A DNA stretch of 64,000 bases from Candidatus Dojkabacteria bacterium (GTDB lineage: Bacteria > Patescibacteriota > Dojkabacteria > J137). Location: contig JAUZRK010000001.1 in NCBI GenBank assembly GCA_030950485.1, positions 39,998 through 103,997 on the forward strand, read 5' to 3'. Shown piece after piece: positions 38,740 to 48,468 of this stretch (position 1 is the first letter of the stretch; each line of letters opens with the position of its first letter). The notes under the pieces were generated by a model. That model had not been told where the DNA came from. It did not search any database and saw nothing but the letters and a program-made list of their open reading frames with translations. The translations under genes and the position numbers were made by a program.

Positions 38740-38976
38740 TTAAGGTAGTTCTATTCTAGGTTCTTCTAGATCCATCATTTGCATTAGCAACTTGTATCTT
38801 ATAAGAAAATCTTCTATATCGATAGATTCCCATTCTTCGGGTGCCTGACCCCTAAATAGAGCTGAACTAATATAATTTGAATCTCTTAACCTTAATGGGT
38901 TCATTATTTTTCTATATTTAACCCTTGCATCTTTCATACTAGTTCCTTCTTTTTTTGCTGCTACAATATTGTTCAT
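38740..38976 (-). CDS. Small hypothetical protein (78 aa)
   Basis: Complete ORF; unknown. Confidence 0.25.
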   Translation of the reverse strand: MNNIVAAKKEGTSMKDARVKYRKIMNPLRLRDSNYISSALFRGQAPEEWESIDIEDFLIRYKLLMQMMDLEEPRIELP

Positions 38977-39161
38977 ACTTCTATTATTAGCATCCCCATA
39001 TTCCTTAGAATTATCTATTAGATAATTACTTACCTATGATAGTCTTTGAAGCAAATCCGATCTAGTACCTTCTTCTAGCTTACTTAGAGAATCATTAATA
39101 TAAGTTTCAATAATTCTATAACTATTAAGATTATTAATAAGAGTCTTAGTGCCCTCTTTAT

Positions 39162-39587
39162 CTATAAAAAAACTTGATTATCTATTAGAGTAATATGTGC
39201 AGAATAGCTTAAGACCGATCTTAGTGTATCTTCTTGATTCATCGTTATAAGATCAGGTAGTTTTAACAGTGTATTTATAGCAGCATAAGCGAGAAAGAAT
39301 TCGTTTTTGAAAACTTCAACAGAACTTAATAAAGAAATTCCTAAAGGCATATGCCTCTTCTCCATTGCCTTGAAATAGTAACCATCATTTTTTGATTCCT
39401 CATCTATCTGTTGTAAGTGACCAATTATATCTGCAGTTATGTCCCCGTTAGCATCAATATTAAGCATCTCTACAACTTTTAGTATTACTACTTGTGAACT
39501 TCCTTGTGCATATTTTTCTGTCGTAATAACCTTCAGATCTAGGCCTTCAGGGTTTAGATAATCATCTCCCAATTCATCTATTAACAT
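39162..39587 (-). CDS. Hypothetical protein (141 aa)
   Basis: Complete ORF; unknown. Confidence 0.3.
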   Translation of the reverse strand: MLIDELGDDYLNPEGLDLKVITTEKYAQGSSQVVILKVVEMLNIDANGDITADIIGHLQQIDEESKNDGYYFKAMEKRHMPLGISLLSSVEVFKNEFFLAYAAINTLLKLPDLITMNQEDTLRSVLSYSAHITLIDNQVFL

Positions 39588-39769
39588 ACTTACATAATAT
39601 TAATATTATTTTGTCTAGATATTTAGACTGGGGATTTTATCACAACCAATAACGTTATCCGATACTGGCGACGTAATTAAGCTATCTACTTATATGTCTT
39701 ATTCTTTGTGTTAAGTGATTAAAGATAGGGCTTTTGCCTAGGCACAGTAAAAGCTAATATACTACTTCT

Positions 39770-40375
39770 CTACCCTACTATTTGTTTTAAATATTTAATC
39801 TGACTGATTAGAATCAACAAAGAGTTTCTTGGGCCTAATATTAAGTAGTTTTGACCAGAAGCATTGTGTATTCGTTCTAATTCTAACTTAGTTGGATCTA
39901 AAAGTTCTTTAAATTTCGAATTTACTTTTTCGCTCGCTCTAGATTTTAATTCGTAGTTCCCATCCTCATCAATTGTAAATAGACAAAAAACATCATCGCC
40001 TTTAGTATAATTAAGATATTGAACCTTCATACTGCTGACTACTATTTCTAATTTTTCATGTCTATTTGTAATATTTACGAGAGGTAGTTTTATAGTAGAT
40101 CTATCTATCTCTGCAACTGACATTATTGATATAGTAATAAGTGGATGCGGCAGCGATTGGTCTTTAGTTATAACAAGCTCGTACTGCTGTTTGAAAAGTA
40201 TGTCTTCAAACATAATAACTATGTTTGTATCGCTTTTAATATCAACATTAAATTGAATATCTCTACCCACGATTGCTTCGTCCCAAATATCTAATATATC
40301 TTCTGCAAATGCTGGATATAAGTTTAACTCTTTATCGTAGAAAGGTCCTTTTTCTGTTTACTCTTCGATATTGTT
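39770..40375 (-). CDS. Hypothetical protein; N-terminus apparently split by a frameshift at an A5 run (MADNKTISKSKQ.. in another frame upstream of 40270)
   Basis: ORF 39770..40270 continues upstream without a stop to about 40340 in one frame. An ATG ORF (MADNKTISKSKQKKDLSTIKS*) in the adjacent frame overlaps it at acagaaaaagg. Confidence 0.3.
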
Positions 40376-40432
40376 TTATTATCAGCCATAAATCAGTTTT
40401 GAATATATTTAGACATTATTTAAGTAATAAAA

Positions 40433-40786
40433 TTACTTGTTAGATTTATCCAATTGCTCTCTCAACTCTTCATTCTCTTTCTGTAAAGCTTCGATAGCCT
40501 TAAAAGTTAGTTCATTAAATTTCTGTTGCCTCATACTCTGTTTCTCAACAATATTAAAAGTAATATTTCTTATCCTTGTAAGAAATAATCTCTTAGCTTT
40601 GCTGATTAAACCTGCTCTTTTAGGTGGTTCATAAGAATACAAAGAAGACAAAGTATCTTTCGAGTTTTCAAGAGCTGGGATGATAAGTTCAGAAAGTATT
40701 TCTGAATTAGTTTTTTTTGCAGCTACAGAAGTACCTTCATCTTCTAAAACTTTGTTAACTCTTTCTAATAATCCATTATCACTCAT
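40433..40786 (-). CDS. Coiled-coil hypothetical protein (117 aa)
   Basis: Heptad-like charged sequence; unknown function. Confidence 0.3.
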   Translation of the reverse strand: MSDNGLLERVNKVLEDEGTSVAAKKTNSEILSELIIPALENSKDTLSSLYSYEPPKRAGLISKAKRLFLTRIRNITFNIVEKQSMRQQKFNELTFKAIEALQKENEELREQLDKSNK

Positions 40787-40788
40787 GT

Positions 40789-41979
40789 TTAATTTCTATA
40801 AATTGGATTAATTATCATCTCTTCAGCTCCTAGTGCAAAATCTAATTCTAAAAATGAATTATCTTTATACTGATACCATTTTGAGTCATTATCAAAATCT
40901 ATTTTTATTAAAAGTTCATATTGCCCCAAACTAGTACATTCAATAGTTTCTTCATCGAGTTCTAGTGGTATTTCACTAGCAAATATCTTCTGTTCAATAA
41001 TATTGCCTGCAATATTGAAATAAACAAACTTAAGCTCATTTACTTCATTATTTAAAGTATATCCGATGAAATCATCATTTGAGATTGAGCAAGCAGTCTT
41101 AAAATTGTTCTCTATAAAATTGTCTATCGCTAAATCGCTACCTATATAAGTTTTAAACATTGAACTTATAAATGGGTTTATCTTAGATTCAAAAATCACT
41201 CTTTCAGAATCCTTACTGAAGACTAAATTTGTAGGTACTAAGTTTATATCACCTTCACTTTTAATTCCCCCTAAATCCCAAGCCACATTCCCTTTTGTAG
41301 TCAACACCCTTATTACATAACTTATTGTATCTTTTACAACAAGGTACTGACCATTTTCAGTTATTTTAATAATATCAGCATTTATAATTTGTTCTTTTAA
41401 TATTTGATTATCAGCTTCTAGATCAAGACTTTGTAACCATATTTCATTTTCTTCTTCACCTTGTGTAAAAAGTATATTTTTATCTCCACTCCACTCATAG
41501 CTTTGAATTCCTCTTCCAACTTCGTTAAAATTTGAAACTTGTTCCCATGACTCATTTTTAAATGAATATATCCATAGATCGTATTGTTCTATAGTCTGAG
41601 TCTCTCCCTCAGCATCTTCATAACTAAAATCATATGGCTTAAGTGCGGATAGATATAATCCATCATTAGAAAATTGTAGATTTTTCCAATCATCTCTTTC
41701 TAAATTAATATCTATTTCCTTACTATTTTTATCAATAGTCATGATTGTCTTGTCAGCAGTAATTACAGCATACTTTATATCTTCTGTCGTAAATTGATCC
41801 AACGGATCCTCAACTTGATTATTACCATCATCTGGATTACTAGTGGGTTTAATATCAGTTATTTGACCTGAATCTGAAGATTCTGAGTTAGGAGTAGAAG
41901 AATTTAGCGCAACAAAAGCTACTCCAAATATGAGCATTAAAATAACTAGGACTATAAATATAAATTTCTTAGATAACAT
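40789..41979 (-). CDS. Secreted/membrane-anchored hypothetical protein (396 aa, N-terminal TM/signal)
   Basis: MLSKKFIFIVLVILMLIFGVAFVALNSS.. followed by a Ser/Asp-rich linker and a large beta-rich region. Overlaps the upstream methyltransferase gene by 11 nt. Confidence 0.4.
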   Translation of the reverse strand: MLSKKFIFIVLVILMLIFGVAFVALNSSTPNSESSDSGQITDIKPTSNPDDGNNQVEDPLDQFTTEDIKYAVITADKTIMTIDKNSKEIDINLERDDWKNLQFSNDGLYLSALKPYDFSYEDAEGETQTIEQYDLWIYSFKNESWEQVSNFNEVGRGIQSYEWSGDKNILFTQGEEENEIWLQSLDLEADNQILKEQIINADIIKITENGQYLVVKDTISYVIRVLTTKGNVAWDLGGIKSEGDINLVPTNLVFSKDSERVIFESKINPFISSMFKTYIGSDLAIDNFIENNFKTACSISNDDFIGYTLNNEVNELKFVYFNIAGNIIEQKIFASEIPLELDEETIECTSLGQYELLIKIDFDNDSKWYQYKDNSFLELDFALGAEEMIINPIYRN

Positions 41980-42667
41980 CTTTTTTATAAATCTTATATA
42001 AGTTCATTCTATCTTCTTTCCCATCAGAAAAAAAGCTGTCTACTAGTAATAAGTTACTTTCCGACTCTATTAATCTTATTTCATCTTCATTCGAAAAGTG
42101 ACAAAATCTGTAAGTTGAGTTATCTTTTCCAAAAGTTAACAAGTAATCATTTTCTCCAAGACTAACCTCATTGTAAGCGATATTAGATTCCTCTAGTTTA
42201 TGGGATTCTACATACCCTTCAATAGCAGCAAATTGCCAGAATGTATTTATAAATATTCCCATACTATGCAATAAAATATTTACTGAATTATATACGTTCT
42301 CTCTTGCTTTGTTATTTTCCAGGTGATGCATAACTCCAAAACAAACAATCAGATCATACTCATCATTTAGTTTTCTAGACCATTCTGAATCATTTAAATC
42401 TATTTCTATAAATTTTTTACTAGCATTTGTATTTTTAGTATTATCAATTGCAATTTCTAAAAGTTCCTTTGAGTTATCAATACCTGTATAACTTTTAACA
42501 TCAATATGTTTTTCTTCTAGAAAATCCAAGAATCTTCCATTCCCACAACCTATATCAAGGATCGATAAAGGTTTATTATCTATATATTCAGTTAGTCTAC
42601 CCCACCCTTTCCAAGGATATGCTCTGGAATTAGAGAATTTTTTTGCGTGTGTAGTATAAAGATTCAT
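41969..42667 (-). CDS. Class I SAM-dependent methyltransferase
   Basis: Motif I ..ILDIGCGNGRFLDFL.. and an acidic motif II (..DLIVCFGVMHHL..). Confidence 0.65.
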   Translation of the reverse strand: MNLYTTHAKKFSNSRAYPWKGWGRLTEYIDNKPLSILDIGCGNGRFLDFLEEKHIDVKSYTGIDNSKELLEIAIDNTKNTNASKKFIEIDLNDSEWSRKLNDEYDLIVCFGVMHHLENNKARENVYNSVNILLHSMGIFINTFWQFAAIEGYVESHKLEESNIAYNEVSLGENDYLLTFGKDNSTYRFCHFSNEDEIRLIESESNLLLVDSFFSDGKEDRMNLYKIYKKDVI

Positions 42668-42726
42668 TAGATGATATAAATATTTTATTCAATTATAATG
42701 CATTAGCTTTTTAAATAATAAAAGAT

Positions 42727-44118
42727 TTGACCAAACCATATTCTAAAATTTTTGAACTTAAGTTTTTTTCTCACCTTATATTAATCTTACTTAGTTTTGG
42801 GATTTTAACTATACCCCTTGTTACTGGTTTTAATAATTATACTCTAGGAAGAGGTTGGGATTTGCCAAAGGTTAATTTATTAATGCAATTATTAGTATTA
42901 CTTAGTTTTTTAATACTAGTGCAAAAAACTTACTTAATCTCTATTAATAGACTGAACTTTAGTAGGGCTAAGAAGATTCTTCTGCCTATAGTTCTTTTAA
43001 CCTACCTATTTATAGTAACAATTAATTCTAGTTGGACTAGAAATTTAGATCCAGATACTGAATTAAATAGTATTTATAAGTTCCTCTTTCATAATATTCT
43101 TGGCAAGACTGAACTAATCGAAGTAAATCAATCTTTAGTCGGAAATGCATTTAGAGAGACTGGATTTGTGTTTTATTTTATCTTATTGGTATCTCTATTT
43201 CTAATCTCATCTTATATAAACAAAGATACTATTAAATATATATTTTTAGCTTTTATAACCTCTTCAATTTTACAGTCATTTATTGGGCTAAATCAGTTTT
43301 ATAGACTCTACCAAAATGACCCAGAAAATATTTTTCTTGGAGAAAGAGTTTATGGAAGCTTTGGGCAGGCAAATTTTTTTGCAGGACATATTTTTATTGG
43401 CTTCTTTATTTCGGCATTCTTATTAACTAATTATAAGCAAAGGTCAAAGCTTAAAAATATAATTCTTTCAATTTCAACTAGCTTAATACTTTTAACACTA
43501 ATACTGTCTTTTTCAATTTGGATTTATGTAATCATGGTTCTATCCTTACTATTTATTCTAATTTATAAATACTTTGATAAAAAATACTATAGGAAAGTAT
43601 TGGCATTATTTTTTATTTTATTAGCAATCCTAGCAGTTCCATTAGGTTCCTTATTTGTTAAATATAATAGTGAGTATGAACATAGAGTAACTATTTGGGA
43701 GGATGTTATTAGAGTTTATATTCAAAACCCAATTGATGGTAAAGATGATATTAAACTAATGTTATTTGGTTCAGGTTTTGATACTATGGGCGAAGAATTT
43801 AGAGAATGGAATAAAATTCCTGGGAACTACACAGATAGGTCGCATAATATAATTTTTGATACAATTGCTTTTACTGGAATTTTTGGATTAGTAGTACTAG
43901 CTTCCGGACTGATATACATTTTTCTTAGAAGAAGTAGTTTTAATAGTGAACATCAGTATTTGCTTTTTACACTTTTCTTCTTACTATTAGCTAGAAACTT
44001 AGTTCATACTTACTCTGCTGTAAACTTATTTGAGTTATTCTTGTTTGGTATAATTTTACTGAATAGTGGTTTATACACTACGAAAGATCTGCAATCTGAT
44101 AAAGAGATTGCAGCTTAA
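42727..44118 (+). CDS. Polytopic integral membrane protein (10+ TM; possibly O-antigen ligase/polymerase-like)
   Basis: 463 aa, almost entirely hydrophobic helices with one larger loop. Family not confirmed. Confidence 0.35.
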   Translation: MTKPYSKIFELKFFSHLILILLSFGILTIPLVTGFNNYTLGRGWDLPKVNLLMQLLVLLSFLILVQKTYLISINRLNFSRAKKILLPIVLLTYLFIVTINSSWTRNLDPDTELNSIYKFLFHNILGKTELIEVNQSLVGNAFRETGFVFYFILLVSLFLISSYINKDTIKYIFLAFITSSILQSFIGLNQFYRLYQNDPENIFLGERVYGSFGQANFFAGHIFIGFFISAFLLTNYKQRSKLKNIILSISTSLILLTLILSFSIWIYVIMVLSLLFILIYKYFDKKYYRKVLALFFILLAILAVPLGSLFVKYNSEYEHRVTIWEDVIRVYIQNPIDGKDDIKLMLFGSGFDTMGEEFREWNKIPGNYTDRSHNIIFDTIAFTGIFGLVVLASGLIYIFLRRSSFNSEHQYLLFTLFFLLLARNLVHTYSAVNLFELFLFGIILLNSGLYTTKDLQSDKEIAA

Positions 44119-45973
44119 ATCCTCTTTTATCATAATACTCTCTTGTCCCAATAGCTGAGATTACAGCCAGTTTACTAAATCCATTCTCTTTCGCAATCTC
44201 TTTAGATTTCTCGATTAATTTTGAACCTAAGCCTAAATGTTGAGCTTCACCTTTTGAACCTTTTGACAGTTCTAGACTTGGACCGTAAACATGTACCTCA
44301 CGAATAATTGCAGAATCTTTTAACTCATAAGATACACTTCTCATGCTTTGTCCCTCCCCTTGAGGGGAGGTTAGGTGGGGTGAATCACCCCGGTCTTTAC
44401 GTGGAACTGATAATCTCAAAAAACCAGCAATCTCTCTCTCCTTCGTTATGTATTGTAAAAAGTACTCAGTACTTACAGTTGTAGAGAATTTAATAATGTC
44501 TAATTCAAGATCATCAAAAGTAACCTTTTTTCCTTTAATTTCTCGAGCTCTGATATTTGGATTAGCTCTACTCTCTTTCTTTAATTTATATTCAACTACT
44601 TGTCTTAAATTTGTAGTTTTATTTCCAGCCTCAATTTCCGTTGAAGGTATATCTCTAATTACTCTAGTTATTCTAGTATACTCGGGTGCAGTCTCCATCA
44701 TCTCTGATATTAGTTTAATCAAGGTTTCATTATCATATGGTTCGTATTTGCCTTCTTCATATAAATCACTAAGCTCAGTGTTTTTGATAATTGATGTTGG
44801 ATAAATTTTCACTTCGTCAGGTTTATAATTTTCAGACTCATATAACTCATGCCAAGATTTCAAATCTATTTCTGGTCTTGCACCGTAAAGATTTGGCATC
44901 ATATGCGCATGGATTTTAAACCCAGCTTTACGAAGCAATGCAAATGCGTTCGCTGTGTGAACCTTATGTTCTCCTCTTTTATTTAAATCGCTTATATTGT
45001 CGTCTAAAACTTGGATTCCAAGTTGTACCTTAGTAGCTCCGAGTCTTCTCATTCTATAAACCTCTTTTTCAGTTATTAAATCGGGTCTAGTTTCTAAAAC
45101 TAAACCAACACATCTTATTTTCCTAATAGCATTAGTTTTATGTAAATCTTCTAATTCTTTCCATAAATCATCAACTGAAGTTTTACGATCGTATGTTTCT
45201 AAAGCTACATATTTATTTTCAAAACCTTCCTTAAACTCTTTAGTTCTTACAAGCTTATTATATGAATCATCTCCAATCTCATCTCTTAATTTTTCATTAT
45301 AATCCTTTGATAAATATTCTTTCATCTCAAGAGCACTTAGAGTATCTTGTTTATCGTCAACATCGCTACTTATTTCAAATTCCTGCATAGCTCTAAAACA
45401 TTCTTTAATAAACCAAACTTGATACTTTTCTGGATAAGATGACCAAGATCCACCAAGAATTAGTAGTTCAATCTTTTCAGTTGGATGACCAATATTTTTT
45501 AATGCTTTTAGTCTATTGAAAGTCTGTAGATATGGGCTAAATTTATTAGCTAAAGCCCTCTGCGCTCCTGGCTCTGTCGCTATATAACTCTTTGGCATTC
45601 TTACATCATTTGGACAGAAGACACACTTCCCAGGACACATCCAAGGTTTTGTGAAAACAGTTACAGTAGTTACTCCTGAAATAGTTCTAGTTGGTTTCAT
45701 TTTAATAAAACCTTTTAGCTTTTGAAAACTGGTATTATCTTTTACTTCTTTCTCTAACATCTCTATTCCTTGAATAAGTTGGTCTCTAGAAAAGAGTTCT
45801 GATTTATCTTTCGGATTATTTTTTAATATTCGTTCAATTTTTTGATTAAACTTTATTCTATTTTTTTGTGTTATTTTTCTAAATTCGTCAGTGTCTATCA
45901 AATCTAGGATTTGATTTAATATTATAGTTAGCTCAGTTTTATATACCTCAGGACTGAATTGATATTTTTTCAT
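44078..45973 (-). CDS. elp3: Elp3-like radical-SAM/GNAT tRNA modification enzyme (elongator protein 3 homolog)
   Basis: Radical SAM Cx3Cx2C (..TKPWMCPGKCVFCPNDV..), central Elp3 core, C-terminal GNAT (..REVHVYGPSL..HLGLGSKLIEKSKEIAKENGFSKLAVISAIGTREYYDKRGF). 631 aa. Carries an in-frame GC-rich palindromic insertion (44343..44402). Confidence 0.8.
   Translation of the reverse strand: MKKYQFSPEVYKTELTIILNQILDLIDTDEFRKITQKNRIKFNQKIERILKNNPKDKSELFSRDQLIQGIEMLEKEVKDNTSFQKLKGFIKMKPTRTISGVTTVTVFTKPWMCPGKCVFCPNDVRMPKSYIATEPGAQRALANKFSPYLQTFNRLKALKNIGHPTEKIELLILGGSWSSYPEKYQVWFIKECFRAMQEFEISSDVDDKQDTLSALEMKEYLSKDYNEKLRDEIGDDSYNKLVRTKEFKEGFENKYVALETYDRKTSVDDLWKELEDLHKTNAIRKIRCVGLVLETRPDLITEKEVYRMRRLGATKVQLGIQVLDDNISDLNKRGEHKVHTANAFALLRKAGFKIHAHMMPNLYGARPEIDLKSWHELYESENYKPDEVKIYPTSIIKNTELSDLYEEGKYEPYDNETLIKLISEMMETAPEYTRITRVIRDIPSTEIEAGNKTTNLRQVVEYKLKKESRANPNIRAREIKGKKVTFDDLELDIIKFSTTVSTEYFLQYITKEREIAGFLRLSVPRKDRGDSPHLTSPQGEGQSMRSVSYELKDSAIIREVHVYGPSLELSKGSKGEAQHLGLGSKLIEKSKEIAKENGFSKLAVISAIGTREYYDKRGFKLQSLYQIADLS
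44350..44393 (+). repeat. GC-rich palindromic element (CCTCCCCTTGAGGGGAGG + GGGGTGAATCACCCC) inserted in-frame within elp3
   Basis: Two adjacent palindromes in an otherwise AT-rich gene, encoding ..DRGDSPHLTSPQGEGQSMRS... Related to copies at 56454..56492 and 59749..59796. Confidence 0.7.
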
Positions 45974-46034
45974 CCAGTAATTATACCACTTGTAAGACTA
46001 CTTAAAGAAACCGTAGAAATTTAACTTCAAATGA

Positions 46035-46697
46035 TTAGTAAATGAAATCAGTCCAATCAATGTGATTAATAGAACTATACTTGTAGTCTGTTGGATAATC
46101 GTATCCCCATTTTTCAGCGTGTTTCAAATGATTATTTATTGTATATAAGTATTTAACATTAAATTCTTTCTCATTACGAATTACTCTATAGTAAAAAGAC
46201 TTTTGCCATTTGAATTTTGGATCATTTGATTTTGGTATATCTTTTCGATGTCTTGATATGTAATCGTGTATTTGTTCTAGGAGATTTGGTAGAGAGGCAT
46301 TTGTATGATATTGCCGTGAACGTAGGGGAAGAAACGTTTCTTCCCCTACGTTGCCTCTGGCGTTACTCCCTGCCATAGGCCCATTCGAATCAAACATCAA
46401 TTTATTAAACCCCATAATCGTATTACAGCTATGCGAAAACTGTTTCTTAATAGAAAACATAATTTTTGAAATATCAGACTTTTCTGATGGCTTAATAATT
46501 AGATGTAGATGATCATACAATATATTAAATGCATACAACTCGAATCCATGAATCTTTTTTGATAATTTCAATTGCATAATTAATAAGTCAGCGAACACGT
46601 TGTTTTTAAAATATGGATAATTATTTTGTGTTTTTGTTGTTATAAAATATATGGCATGATCTACATAAAACCTTTCTGTTGTTTTGTATTTGTTCAT
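46035..46697 (-). mobile_element. REP-associated tyrosine transposase (RAYT; IS200/IS605 TnpA-like HUH Y1 transposase) with an internal REP insertion
   Basis: HUH motif ..YDHLHLIIKP.. and RAYT C-terminal motif ..KWQKSFYYRVIRNEKEF... A perfect 30-bp palindrome CGTAGGGGAAGAAACGTTTCTTCCCCTACG (46321..46350) lies in-frame inside the gene (..GSNARGNVGEETFLPLRSRQYH..). Confidence 0.7.
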
Positions 46698-46784
46698 ACA
46701 TAATGATATACAATATAACGGGTTTTATAGATCGCAAAGAAATCAATATGAAAAGTTTTAGCAAGGAATTAAATCAAAAATTAA

Positions 46785-46818
46785 AGAGTAGGTGAAGAAA
46801 CATTTCTTCACCTACTCT
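46785..46818. repeat. REP-like palindrome AGAGTAGGTGAAGAAA-CA-TTTCTTCACCTACTCT, sister of the RAYT-internal REP; probably also the terminator of the helicase gene
   Basis: 16-bp perfect arms, same GAAGAAAC core as the 46321..46350 palindrome. T-rich on the minus strand downstream of the 46840..48468 stop. Confidence 0.7.
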
Positions 46819-46839
46819 TTTTAAATTTACCTTCTATTC

Positions 46840-48468
46840 CTATGAGTTCAAAATAATTAATTCACTCTTTGCCCTTGTTGCTGCTACGAATAATAGTTGT
46901 CTATCAACCTTTGTAAATTCTTCTTTAGATATATCACATTCTAATTCAAAAAACTGGTTCTTATCTAAAAAGCTATTTTTATTTGCAATAAATACAGTAT
47001 CAAACTCCATTCCTTGAGAATCTTCTGAAGTTAAGAAATGATAATTATCTGGCCAGTTTTGATTTTTAGAAAAGTCTAATTCTTCTATATATTTTGAAAG
47101 AACTCCTACCTGTCCTTTATAACCTGTATCTACAAGCTTGTTTAATTCAGCTGTAATATGTTCATGTTTTAATTTATCATTTACAAAATTCATTTCAATA
47201 ACCGCTTTTCCAATTTCTGTTACCATATCAACGTTTACATCATAGTCCTCTTTTTCTAACCAACTTAATATAGACTTTGTATTCCTATATGCTTTAGTTA
47301 GAGTCACCTCATTATCAACAGGATATCCTTCTTCTAATTCATTCCAACTTCTTATTGTAAATGGTTTTGTTCTTTGGTTAATATCTCCAACATAGGTTAC
47401 AGAGTCGAATTTGACATCCGTAATAATCTTAATTATATCAAGCTGCATTGGCAACCAGTTCTGAACCTCGTCTACAACGATATGACTATATACTCTCTTA
47501 TGAACTTCTGTATTCTTGCATAGAAGTGCAGTATCAATATCATCTAACCAATAATCTTCTTGCTGATTATTTATAAATGATTTAAATATTTTTAAAAATG
47601 GGGATTTAGATTGAAATGAGTTATATATATTAAAAAGCCTATCTAAACCAACATTTTCTTTACCTATGTTTTTTAATGCTTCAAGTTTATATTTTCTAAT
47701 TTCATTGAAAATGATTTCAGGGTTTAGATTTGTACCTACTTCCATTTCATAATTAAGAATAGATAATGCCTGATCTTTTGTTAAAGCTTTATATCTTTTA
47801 TTAAAGTTTTGATTTACTACTGCCAAAGACCATTCCAAGAAGGTTAAGACTTTTGCAGTTTTTATTCCTAAATCAAGTAGTAATGTACTAAAGTATTTAA
47901 TTGCTGAATTATCACTTACAAATACAATTATATCTTCAGCTTTAAAGTACTCGGTAAACTCTGGTGATTGAATTAAATAAGCCAATCTATGTAGAGCAAG
48001 AGTTGTTTTTCCAGAACCTGCTGGACCGGATATTAAAAAGCCTCCTTTTGGATCTAATCTAATTATTGTATCTTGAGCTGCTTCAAGTTGAGCTATTATC
48101 TCTGGAAGTGCGAAATCTTTTTTCTCTGATAAATGTTTATGAAAAATAAGTTCTCTTTCATTATCTTCCCTATCTAAAGTAAGATATGTGATATCACTAT
48201 TTGTAATGATATAACTATATTTTTCATTTATAAAAACTTCTTTACGCTGACCGTTTGGAATTTCGTACGAAGCTTTACCGTTTTTTTTTAATCGTAATCT
48301 TGCTATTGGAGATATCCAAGAGACAATATTTTCATCTCTATCAAAATGTTTACCAATAAACAGATTATAGTTCTGGCCATGTCTTTCTGAGTCAAAATCT
48401 ATTTTTGCAAAGTAAGTAGAATCTACTAGCTTTTCTAAACTATCTGCATCCTCGATAAACAGAGTCAT
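46840..48468 (-). CDS. UvrD/HelD-like superfamily-1 DNA helicase
   Basis: Walker A GPAGSGKTTLALHRLAYL, DExx ..IVVDEVQN.., ..TKAYRNT.., ..SQGMEFD.., motif VI ..LFVAATRAK... The reading frame stays open upstream of the annotated ATG, so a longer N-terminus with a non-ATG start is possible. Confidence 0.65.
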   Translation of the reverse strand: MTLFIEDADSLEKLVDSTYFAKIDFDSERHGQNYNLFIGKHFDRDENIVSWISPIARLRLKKNGKASYEIPNGQRKEVFINEKYSYIITNSDITYLTLDREDNERELIFHKHLSEKKDFALPEIIAQLEAAQDTIIRLDPKGGFLISGPAGSGKTTLALHRLAYLIQSPEFTEYFKAEDIIVFVSDNSAIKYFSTLLLDLGIKTAKVLTFLEWSLAVVNQNFNKRYKALTKDQALSILNYEMEVGTNLNPEIIFNEIRKYKLEALKNIGKENVGLDRLFNIYNSFQSKSPFLKIFKSFINNQQEDYWLDDIDTALLCKNTEVHKRVYSHIVVDEVQNWLPMQLDIIKIITDVKFDSVTYVGDINQRTKPFTIRSWNELEEGYPVDNEVTLTKAYRNTKSILSWLEKEDYDVNVDMVTEIGKAVIEMNFVNDKLKHEHITAELNKLVDTGYKGQVGVLSKYIEELDFSKNQNWPDNYHFLTSEDSQGMEFDTVFIANKNSFLDKNQFFELECDISKEEFTKVDRQLLFVAATRAKSELIILNS

